Below, in pieces: positions 1 through 12,400 of a stretch of DNA of 18,772 nt. The number at the start of each line of letters is the position of its first letter. Position 1 is the stretch's first letter. The notes beneath the pieces are model-generated. The model was not told the DNA's origin. It did no database searches and saw only the letters and a list, made by a program, of their open reading frames with translations. Source of the stretch: Ginkgo biloba (lineage: Eukaryota; Plantae; Ginkgophyta); the NCBI GenBank assembly GCA_024626585.2, contig JANKJI020000005.1:694459-713230 (forward strand), in the 5' to 3' direction. A program made the translations under genes and the position numbers.

Positions 1-347
1 ATGAGATACCCAAGACATTACTAGTTTTTTCCCAGTTGAATTTTTAATGGTGATTTTCTGTGAGCTTCTCATGGAAATGTACACTTCAATGGCTTTTGCA
101 CTTGATGAGAAGTCAAAGTTACATTTTATTATAGCATGTGCTTATGTATGTGCAATACTATGTGATTTGGGAATAAAGTCAGAGAAACATATTTTATCTA
201 GTGTTTTGAATGTGTACTTAAGATACTACTAAGTGTGATAGGACATAAAAGAAAAATATCATCTTANNNNNNNNNNNNNNNNNNNNNNNNNNNNNNNNNN
301 NNNNNNNNNNNNNNNNNNNNNNNNNNNNNNNNNNNNGAATAGCATAC

Positions 348-452
348 TTTTGGTTGTGCTGGAGCCCAAGGCTGTAGCTTTTGCATTGTTTCATAAATGT
401 CCAAGAGTTGATGTTGAGAATTCGGATAGTCAGGTGTCTTAGTCACTATCCA
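348..452 (-). CDS. Patched-like gene, last visible exon (luminal loop 2, DYPN motif)
   Basis: attgtttgtAG | [35 protein letters not shown] | GTatgc; 105 nt, phase 0-0; resembles PTCH1 [20 protein letters not shown]. Confidence 0.88.
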
Positions 453-3400
453 CTACAAACAATCACAAGTTGAATCCAATTAAGTGTCAAGTGACCACCA
501 ATTATAGCATTTAAAAGATCTATAAGAAAGGTAACTGTATAATCTGCATAATGCTTACGATGTCATAAACTGGAAAACCATTCTCTGTCACGACTGCATA
601 ATCATGTTGATAAGATCCTGCCAAAATCCTCAAACACAAAATAAGTAAAATGATTACAACCATTATTTTGAATATTTGAGATCATATCAAAGAGAATGAA
701 CTATCCCAGTTGGTCAAAATATTAAAGAAAATCAACAATCTTTGTTATTGAATCTGAGTTATCTGGAACACAGCTTTAATATAAATAGACAACATTAGTC
801 ACATTTCAACTTACAATACAAATTTGTTTATGGGATGGGAGATGTCAATTCTATGCATTTGAATTAAAGATTTTTATGTTAGCTTATTTGTCTATGCTTC
901 ACTGAAGTCTTTTATATATCTTTTGGCCCACCTTCATGAAGCGAATTGTTATAATCTCAACTCCCAACTATTATTGGAGCATGCTCCTTTGTCATGCCGG
1001 TTCTTACTTGTGATCTTATAATTCATATCTTTTCTAGTTGTTTGACCTCCATGCTGAATCTGTTATCTGTCTATTGTTTTCCCTTTAATAATTATAATAC
1101 TGCTAGATACTTCATTCCCACTATCCAAGATCCATATATAGGTTAATATATAAACCAGAGAGAACTCACACACAATTTGTTGTTATTCAGTCTTAAAAGG
1201 GGAGGAGGATATCTCTTTTTTAGAAGAGGGGGCTAAGATAGATCATATATAATTAGGTCATAAACTAAAGAGAAGTTTGAAGATGATTCAAAACCTTTCA
1301 ATCATGGTATAAAAGTTTCTTATTGAACCCAAACTAAAATAAGAGTTCTTGAATCTTGGTTACTTGTGGAATCTTGGGATGGTCTTACTAGTACCTCTTA
1401 ATATGTTTGTGTAGTAGGTTATTAAGGAGATTCATATTGAGTATTTTGGATTGCTATGTTTTGATATGGTAAAATGTAACCTAGTTAAGAGGGAGTGTGC
1501 ATAAACCCTTGAAACATATATTATGGTATAAAAGGTTTTCCAAAGTAGTTATAGTTAACATAAGGATAAGTATGATAACTAAGTTAAACATAATATGGAT
1601 TATAGTATGGAATGTTCTAATATTGGGCAAAACCATATGCTATATATGAACTAGTTTATGTCCCATTTGTATGTAGAGGAAACATAGAAGGGGTATATTA
1701 GTAGTATATGGATTTGATTATACTCTTCAATGTGGAGGATTATTATCTTTTTTAGAACATTACGTAGGAATATGTTGTGTCCTATATTTAAGTGTGGAAG
1801 GTTGACTCCCTTAATAAGGAAGAAGCTATTATTAAATTGTAGGTGGATTGGTTTATCCTCTCTAAGGATTAGGTGGTGGGACTTTTTGACCCTCAGATAG
1901 AGGAGGTTGAATATTATGTTATGGATCTCTTGGTGGAACATCTTATGTACTTGAATTTTGGACANNNNNNNNNNNNNNNNNNNNNNNNNNNNNNNNNNNN
2001 NNNNNNNNNNNNNNNNNNNNNNNNNNNNNNNNNNNNNNNNNNNNNNNNNNNNNNNNNNNNNNNNCGATTTGACAAGGGATCTTGGCATATCCTCATTAGT
2101 AGATCTTTGGATGATGAGGAATTTTGGTCTTTGGTAAATTATGGTCTTTGAAGGGATGATGGTAATATATGGGTGAAGCGATTAGGCTCAATGGCTAGTT
2201 TGATTTTGGATTGCTGATTGAATAATTGAGGATCAGGCTAAGGGGCCAAATTTATTTATTGATGATTGATATGCCTCAATGGGTGGCATCTTTATATATT
2301 GAGGAGGATGAATGTTATTTAAACTTTGCAACCTTTCATCCTATAATAGTCATTACTTTTTTGATCTTCCAATCATGTCTTTTCAATATAGTTAGAACAA
2401 TAGCCACTAGTTTGTTTACCCTTGGGTTCTTTATTGTTCATTATCTCTTTGAAAAGTGGACAACTCCTTTGGTTGGAAGTATTACAAAAGTGATGCTGCA
2501 GGTGTGAATAATCTGAAATGTATTCTTTGACATAAAAAAGAACTGCATGACAGTTAACTAGCACCACCCATCACCACTCAAACTTATGGTTCATGTTGAA
2601 AGGTAAGCAAGTAATCACATTAGGAGGCACTGAGGTCTATAAAACTGAACATTAACATTTAGTTAACAATTCTAAAATGTCAAGGACCAATATATTATTT
2701 TGAGATTATTTTGTCAGTATGTTTAATTGTTTATTTTCAATCACTTTATCAGGACATTTCCTCTGAAGAGGCCATAAAGCTGCTCAACAGTCAGGAAGGA
2801 ATCAATCCTCCATTATTGAAGCTATCATGACATGCACTATGTATATGGAATTCTACAGATGGACATGAGCTCTATGATCTTGCCTATTCAATCCCCCAGA
2901 TGTTGACTGGTTTTTAATCAGATCATTATCAATGTAGAATATAGTTTTCCTTGAAAAATATATCTTTCCTTTGAAGAAACTGTATTTAAAATAATACTAC
3001 ATTGGATACCTTTCACTGTTACTTCGGAAATCTTCAACCCATGCTCAACCTTCGTCCCAAGATATATCATTGTTCCTAAAAGTCCAGCAAATATGATCAC
3101 CTGCAGGAACACCATAAACATTCTACTTGAGGTACTTTCTGGTGTGAAACTAGGTAACCTTTGGCCTTTTCAATACAATGGAGTTCAAATTGTCATCAGC
3201 AAAATTAAACTTGAAAATGTATTTGTAAATATACCACCAAATGTTGGAGTTGGCAATCAAAAGGAAAGCATACCACTCCAATTTTGAAAACGTTGCTATA
3301 GAACAATGGAGAGTAATAGTTTGCAACAAGTTTGGATAATAGAGAGCCTCCTGCGTGCCCTTCAACATCTTGATATGACCCAGGACTTTGCGCATCTGGG

Positions 3401-6400
3401 TTTCCTTTATTCTCTAATCCTGTTAGAATCATAGCATGATTTTAAGGTTGAGATAACTCACGCTTAAGAAAAATAATGTCATTTCTAAAAACTTCTGAGA
3501 TGCAGACAACTTTGATAAGCATGGAATATCATTTAGTGGTATTATTTTGTCATTTCATGCATGTATTTCATCCCAAAATAGTTCATGTTATTAGTCAATC
3601 TTTTCAGACACTGCAGCTTTTGCATAGTTCAATGAGATGAAACATGCACATGCCTGTATATAGATGCAAATATTTCCAAGTTGCAGGTGTTGAAGGATGA
3701 TGAGGAATCTGAACAATGTGTGTTGCAGGTTTGCAATGCATTAGAAAGACCTTTCTCCAATAAAAAAAAATTTTTAGCATTAAAAACATCAATTATAGTA
3801 CGAGTCTAAGAAACTTTATCACAAGCCATGATATCATACACAAATGTCTATTTGGTATATCTATTGTATGGAGAAATATTATTGAATATTATTTACAGTG
3901 AACACAGTATTTCCTTAATATTTAGACTATGATAGGTACCATTAAAGTACAAATTTATTTAAATTGCTTCAAAGCATTAAAATGTTTAGAGACAGTTAGG
4001 TGCTCACTACATTTACCCATCTCTATTTCTACGCATCATATCTGCATACCACATTGTACATTGTACAGCCTTTGGGATTATTTTAGCTTTATTTATTGAC
4101 ATTATTGTACTTTTATGTTTGATGTACTTAGGCAGGCATAGACTGGAGATGCTTTAGGCACTTGCCATGAGTCTAATACCATATGCAAGATTTTCGCATG
4201 TCCCGTTGATCGTTTTTGATGATCTATGGACTTCAATATAATATCTCTTTATCACTTTGATATGATAGAATCATAGAGTTAATGGCACATGGCATTTGAC
4301 TACTCATTGGGACATTGGCTTTGCCTAAATGGGGTGTACGCAAAATGTTCTGATAAAATAATCTTGGAACAACTGTTGAGGCAGATGAAGGAGTAAGAGC
4401 ACAATCCCATATGTTCGTTACTTGAACATTAATTCTTAATTTTGTGTTAAAACAATATGTTATGATATTATATGCCAAAGTTTACCATAAAGAAACATTC
4501 TTCAAGCAAGATAAAACATATGAATTAGTTTTCTTGAATTGTTGCTATTCCTCATCTTCGATAGTCACATCACTAAGCCAAATGTCACAAAATTTCTCAA
4601 CAAACTTTATCTTCTGCTCTATTGTGAATGATTGGTCCTTTGTCTTCTTAGTTTCACTTGATTCCCCCTATGTTGGATCCTTTATATCTTGCACTAAATC
4701 TCGAACCAATACTTCAATAATGTTTGCCGCAAAGGTAGGTTGCCACTGTTCATGATCGAACAATTCACACTCTTTTTTATCCAATCCAACTTCAAAGATT
4801 TTTCGTTGGTTTTCGTAATCTAACTGTGTCGATCGGGAAGAGATTCAGACCAACCAACTCGTGGAATGGAACCATCAGTTGTAATGTGGATTTTGGCTCC
4901 AACTTGCTATGTTTGAACTGCAGGTGTTATCAGCTAACAAAATATTGATTTTGCATGAGCAATTGACTCCTCGACTAGGGGGCTTTCCCCTTCTTTCATG
5001 TTCTCTCCTCGACTTCTTCTGATTGTCGCGAATCCATCCTTTGGCCATGAGGTGTAGTCGTCATTGGGCTACNNNNNNNNNNNNNNNNNNNNNNNNNNNN
5101 NNNNNNNNNNNNNNNNNNNNNNNNNNNNNNNNNNNNNNNNNNNNNNNNNNNNNNNNNNNNNNNNNNNNNNNNGCCTCTTAGAATTAGTACTTTGGACTTT
5201 GGAAAAAGCCAAAAGGCCTTTTTTTTTGTGGATTGCCTTGTTGCCAAAAAATTTTACACTTTGAGTAGAACTTCAAAGGCCATTAACTTAGTTCAAATTA
5301 CCTTTTATTAAATTTGGTCCAAGTGCATTGAATGTGCTTGTAAATGAGGACCTTAGCAATATATAATGGATGATTGGACACCAAGTAGAAGCTAGAGGCC
5401 AAGTTTTCATATCACTGCCTTTTTGGAACTAGGGTGAAAATCCAACATGTAGGAAGGAGGAAGGGAGCAAAATAGCTCAACATGTTAGAAGTAGAAAAAT
5501 TACAAAAGACAAGGGCATAATTGCAATAACTTAGCTAGAAGCCCTAGACTAAAGTTTGTTGACTTGGAAAAACACCAACTTATTGGAACTATCAAGGAAA
5601 GGGTAGGAAAACCAAATTAATAAGATTTCATATTACTTCAAAATCATTATTAAGCCTTCTTAATGCATTTATGTTCCAAGTTCAAGTCCGCCTCAAAATA
5701 ATAAATATTGTCCCTTGGATACAAGGGTATGGATGGTTGAATGCATAATAGGCTAGATGCTCATGCCTAAATGTTCTTGTCTATGCTTGTAAGAACCTAA
5801 TTGACCTTTGTGTATATCAACTAAGATGGATGGCTAATCCTTACGAAACACTATATCAAAGCACAGTAGCCAATTTGAGGGATGGAAGCAAGATGGGGAA
5901 TGGATTTTCAAATCCTCAATTAGCATCGGTCGATCCTAAATAACACTACCAAAGGAGGACATATTTATAAGGGTGGGATCACATATACATGATATGAGGG
6001 GAGGCCCAAAGAGAGATTTAAATAGGCATTTTTGGCTTTAATTCGTCATCATCATTTTCACCTTGCACTCAGTTATCGTGCTCCCCTCTTCTTATTTTTG
6101 TCATATCTTCTTTTACTCATCCTGAAAAGGACTTCAGTCTTCATTTTGAAGCCTCTAGAAGTTTTCTTGGTCCTAGAAATCCCCCAAGAAGAAGTTCAGC
6201 CTGTTACATGGCAATTTTGTTGCTGGAAATCATATTGGTCATCTAGGAGCAACCGAGTTTAGGCCAACAATGGTTTGGGATCGTTCCAAGCAAGGTTATC
6301 AGAGCTCATGGGTGTAGGCATGGGTTCAGGTGCAAGTGCTGCTTCGGGTTTGACATTTTGAAATTCCTAGTTCCAAGTGTAGGTGTGCAGTTATTTTTTT

Positions 6401-9400
6401 GGGGGGGAGTGATTGATGTGGATTTTCATTTGATGGTGTACAAGTTGCCACTAATGAACTATATCTATATCCAGTGTTTTAAATCTAACTTTTTGGAGTT
6501 TGAGACCTAAAATAAGTTTGTGACAATGGTTGAAGTTGAACTCATACCCAAAAACCTAACCCAGTTTACATACCAAGTTCAGGAACCCGCCTTATTGAGT
6601 GCTAGAATCTAATTACTCTAGTTCCAAGATTTTGACATGCTCCATTTAGCCTAAAACTACATGGAAACAGCCTAAAACAACTTGACATGTAGAGGAACTC
6701 TTTGGCCTATTGAATATGGTATTCTTGAATCTTCTTATTGCTTGATTGTTCTTTAAAATCAGTTTGGTTTTAGTCTTCTTTATGTGCATTTATGGCCAGT
6801 CTTTCTATGTGTACATCGACCAACGCTATTTCTAAGCACATAGACTCAGCATAAATACGAATTTACAGCCAAGACAATATTCTGACTTTTACTTTCAGTA
6901 GTACATATAGCATGAGAAACTATGGTAGCAATATACACGCAACAAGATAGCTTCTCACCTTAGTAGGGTATGTGTAGACCCTAACCACAAGTTGGAGAAG
7001 TGTGTTGGAACAATCTCTAAGCCTTTAGGATGCCGGTTATTCCTATTTTCTGTATGCACAAACAAATCTGGGCAGAGATTAAGACAAATTTTCTACACAA
7101 TGTACTCTGTTTCCACAATGTGCTCCTGTTCCACTCCAGCAAGTAGGATGAGTTTGAGGCAACAATTTCTAAGAAATAAAATAGAGATTTACCACTCCAA
7201 AATGTCAAGTAGAAATACACTGTTCTCTTTCTGTAGTATATGTATTCTTTATTCTGAATTCAGCTCCAATCAGCAAAATTCCAGAAAATTGGTTTGCTCA
7301 CAAAACTTGCCCTTCCGGTTCCGTCTAGAGTCCAAAATATCAAGTATTGAATATTTCTGGAAAAATGTTTCAGAGGGACATCTAATGGATTAGGTGTGCG
7401 CTCAATCAAAGGTCATTTGACTGAATTTGTCCTCCAAAGTGACTGCTTATGTTTGGCTCTGCAATTTCTAGTTTTTACCCCAAAAAATTGTTTATATTAA
7501 TTATTGGTTTTTGCTTCAGAAATCCATTTATATTCATTTCTGGATACCTGTTCCATGATGCAGTTTTCTGCATGTGCATACTGTTTATATTTCTAGAGAT
7601 TAGGATTGAGGCCTTCCTTATAGAGAGTTANNNNNNNNNNNNNNNNNNNNNNNNNNNNNNNNNNNNNNNNNNNNNNNNNNNNNNNNNNNNNNNNNNNNNN
7701 NNNNNNNNNNNNNNNNNNNNNNNNNNNNNNTGTAAACATGCTTTGTGACAGAGGTATACTACAATTGCAGCCAAGGCAGACAGTTCTCACGGCCGATGTA
7801 TACGATGATTACGATTGGTAGCCTGTAGGTAATGACCCATTGAACAAGATTGTTGTGGTTGATTATCTCTGTTATAACCAATCGATACTTCCGCAATTAA
7901 CTGTATACCTGTTGCAACCGATTATTCTTCTACTTTTGTGTATGAAATTTCAGGCATACATCCCACATTTTAGACAATGCCCCAAACATCTGTTGTGATT
8001 TTGGATTTCTTCTTGTTTTGTACTTTTCTCTATGGAGAATCCTATCCATCCTGACCTACGTGGATGTCAATGGGTTTGAGGTCTTGTGGTGGACTTATTG
8101 GGTATCAATGGGATTTACCAGCTCTGCTGAACATAACCATGATGCTTCCTTGCCTTTGACTAGTCTCATACCTCCTCTAATCTGTAGTGCAAAGCCACTT
8201 AGGTCTTGAGACAAGTTGGAGGGAACCTCAAGGTGGAGAACAAGCATCTGCATCCACCCCCAAGATACTTTTAGGTAAGGAAACAAATATTGTCATTTGT
8301 GAAGAGTAATATTCACATAAATAAGGACTTAACTCTTTTCTACTGCTTTTATGCATAACAACTTGTAATCTTACCCTTATGACATATGATAGAATTTTTT
8401 ACCATTGCTGCAGAAACAAAAGGGCCCCACTATTTGCCAACATGATTTTTTACAATGGAGTCTCTAAGGCTTTTATGCATATACCTTCAGTAAAGTCCAT
8501 GTGAACCATGACACCCATCAGCTTTGTATTTGAAAAAAATCTTCTTTGAGAACTCCATATGCTCAATAACCCTATTCTAGGAGTAAATTCACCAGGCAAC
8601 CCTGTTGGCATATAGATTTAAACAATAAATGTAAACATACTCGGCTAAAGTTGTACATTGTATAACAGTAACTTCATGGAAGCTCTACTGTTAGGAGTGG
8701 GGTTCTGTTTCACACTGTTTGGAATTCTTGTGTCATATTTGAAGTTAGCTTGACTGGAAATTAGTTTCACACTGCAAGTTTATTGATAATAATGTGCATG
8801 CAGCTTCCTTTGGTTACATATTGGGTATGTTGATGATATATTAAGAATGGGAGTTGTTAATGCCAAGACATCAAATAATATCAATTTCAAACACCTACAT
8901 AAAAGTTTATCTATTCTTTGTCCTGTTTAAGCATATAGTGCATTTTAATATATCTAAACAAAAATCTTGCACAAAATGACCTGTGAAGGAGCGTCGCTAA
9001 TTTCACGGTTCGTTTAATGGTGGTTAACCCATCTCAATTCTCACCTTTTTTTCTGCGTAACCCACAAAGTAGCCAAAGACATGGGTCAACAATACCAGCC
9101 TGCCGAACATGNNNNNNNNNNNNNNNNNNNNNNNNNNNNNNNNNNNNNNNNNNNNNNNNNNNNNNNNNNNNNNNNNNNNNNNNNNNNNNNNNNNNNNNNN
9201 NNTCTTGAAATTTTCTGAGCACAAGTAACTCTGATCTACCTTAACTCTTCGAGCATCGATGGACATGAGTGGGATGAAAATAAACAGCATGCCACACGTA
9301 TGAATAGACGCAGTAATACCCATTTGCCAGCAAAACCACCGGACGATAGGCATAGGATTCTACAGTGCAAAGCATGCGATTATTAACACAAGCCTGAAAA

Positions 9401-12400
9401 GGACTAGTTCTAGTTTTGTACTTGTGACAACCAGGATAAGCAAAAGTACACAGTTCTGTGTTGATACCAAGGAAGAAATAAAGAACGATGCCAGAATTGA
9501 GAATGTTGTAAGCACAAGTGAAGGTCCTGCTAGGGCTACAGTGAGTCTCATCTCTTTTTCAGGCACTGATGATGCAGCACTGTTCAAGTGTTCCAATTTT
9601 GGGTCCTTTAGGTAACTTCTCATTATGGTTGTAAGTACAAAAATGTCATCAATTCCTGCACACAACAATAGCTAGCATCTCAGTTTCCTGCACCAAACTT
9701 GCAGTCACAAAAGTTACAAATATAAGATTCGAAACACGATTGACATTTCCTGGTCAAATTTATACTTTGTGTCCCATTCAAGGTTCAAAGATCAAAGGTA
9801 ATGTCACTGTGGAAGAAGCACATTATTTCAAGGACTTGAAAGTGTACCTTGTTGTACTGACATTTTCTTCGAGAGTAATTTATTCATGTGTTTGCCAAGT
9901 TAAATCCTTTTGAAAAGCTCAGTTCTTACTCGCTATGAAATGTGTGTAACCACAAAGCAATGGAATTATTCTAAAGCGATCCTTTCTAAGGCAACATTGT
10001 GAAGTTTACTGTCATTAGTGGTGCACTGGATAACTACTCCTGCAAACTAAAGCTGATGTTTATATTATTAACATAACAGTGCAGCCTATGGTGTGACAAT
10101 ATTGTGATCTACATCCATTGGGCCAAAAAGATAAAATATACACAAGTCTCAAGGGTATCCATTGACTTACAAACTCAAAATTTGTCCCAAGACTTCAACA
10201 ACATCAATCTACTCCTTTGATGTGTGATAACTAAGGGGTTATCAAGATTGCCAAAAATCTCATATTTCATGCAAGGACAAAACATATAGAAGTGCATTAT
10301 CATTACATCTGGGAGAAAATTTAGTGTGGAGAGGTTGAATTAATTTACTATACATCAAAAGAGCAATTAGTTGCTTTGCTCACTAAGGCATTGAACAAGG
10401 ATAAATTNNNNNNNNNNNNNNNNNNNNNNNNNNNNNNNNNNNNNNNNNNNNNNNNNNNNNNNNNNNNNNNNNNNNNNNNNNNNNNNNNNNNNNNNNNNNN
10501 NNNNNNNAAGTTGATGCATCCATATGTTGTTCCAAAATTAGGACTATATATGTATCCTTATTAGAGTTCATATTAGATAACTCATGACTAGTGAAAAAAT
10601 TTATCCTTGATGTAGTGTCACCTGGGATTGGGATCTTTTTAGTCTTACACCTATTGCGATAAAACTATCTTCTTCATATCCTAGATTCCTCTTGTTTACC
10701 TTATTTATGTCACCTCTATAAATTCCCCTATTTTATTATCTTCCTTGNNNNNNNNNNNNNNNNNNNNNNNNNTGAAGACTTTAGTCTAACTGAGGTATTC
10801 TCATTAGTTTTGGTAGTAGCCATCCTAATTTTCTCCTTCAAAGATTTTAGAGGGAAAACACCTTAATGTCATTCAACTCCTTATATTTCTCAATATTTTG
10901 GGCTTGATCCCTTATTATATAAATTTTATTCTTCATATAATATATTCATACATTGATAAAAATTTTATAGAGATTGGATATATCTAGGAGCCACACTATG
11001 CCTTCTCTTTTACACTATCCAATTATAATCAATAGGATTTTTTAAGTCAATTTTTGGATCATTTGAATGAAAATAAGTCATTATAAATCATCTCATATGA
11101 CTAGGAAAAAATCCTTTAGGTTCATAACAACTATGATTCACCAAATCTAGTTGAAATCCTATTATATTTTTTGTAAAATATTTAATATGTCCCGTATTAA
11201 TGATAATTATGTCACCTAATTATAGAGGAAAGGTGTGGAAATAAATCTTGTTTGATTTATACACCAATATCTATTAAAATGAATAGATTTACCTATAAAT
11301 TTTATATAATATAGTCCTATAATCTATAAAATTTGGAATTTGATAGGTATTATCCTCAAAACTATATAGGAAAATGTGTAAAATTCTAATGTAAAATAAT
11401 TTACCTAGACCAAGTGTGAGAAAGGGTACAACTGAACCAGCCAGTGGCGTGAATTTTATTCCAAGTGCTGCTGTCAATCCAAAACCGGCCAAAATTGCAA
11501 GTGATACCACAACCATGCCCTGAAAATAAAGAACAAAGAGGTGAAAGAGAAAAACACCATGCTTTAATGAAGAAGCCATTGGTTTCCTCTTACAGACTTT
11601 TTAGATTCCTGTGTGTAACTGAACAAGACAAATTATCAATTTCGGATGTAAGTTTTAAAAGAAGCTATACATCTTCAATTGAGAGAAGAACTTCCATCAT
11701 GAGCTAAAAAGATATGTGCCAAAAAAGGGAAATAGAGACTCACCATAAGAACTAACATTGTATGAGAATGAATAGGATCTCTAATATTAATGAATGCAGT
11801 TACAGAATATATTGAAACAAGCAGAACACTCAGTACTAGCTCCCACCGAGGTGTGTGATTGGCATCTTTAATTACATCTTCTGCAGATTTCTGCAATGTT
11901 TAGTAAAATCATCAGTATAATGTGTAATTTACAAGGGAAGATAAGATTCACAATATATAGTCAGTCAAGATTTGTTAATAGGGATTATAATATATCAAGT
12001 TTGACAAGCAATTAATATACATCTTTGTTAACCATGGATAAGTATTCTTCTTCTCTCCTATTTTCCAGTCTAGATCTTGTAGACATATAAGTTTGACCCA
12101 CTCATATTGTACTCACCCACATGCTGAACTGGACTTGTAGATCTGAATTTCTCTCTCCAGTTCCAAATGTTGTTGTTGCCGTATTTTGCCGCAATGGATT
12201 CAGAGCTCTAACAAGATGATCTTCCCATTTTACACTATAGATTAAGATATCATCAAAGAAGATAAGGATGAATTTTTGGATTACTTTNNNNNNNNNNNNN
12301 NNNNNNNNNNNNNNNNNNNNNNNNNNNNNNNNNNNNNNNNNNNNNNNNNNNNNNNNNNNNNNNNNNNNNNNNNNNNNNNNNNNNNNNTTCCTGGTCTGTG

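Noticed and set aside
1651-2567. ORFs around 1651-2567
   Set aside because: They span a gap or are low-complexity, with no recognisable motif; likely an old retroelement remnant.
5170-8330. Several short hydrophobic ORFs (6032, 6992, 7449, 8018) as possible extra membrane-protein exons
   Set aside because: They lie on the opposite strand to the gene, show no family motifs and have T-rich repeat-like composition; probably LTR or UTR relics that I cannot classify.
8900-8980. Strong-looking acceptor (tccttcacAG at 8982-8981) shortly after the 9045 donor
   Set aside because: The phase-1 continuation reaches TAG after about 23 codons with no good donor and no family similarity.
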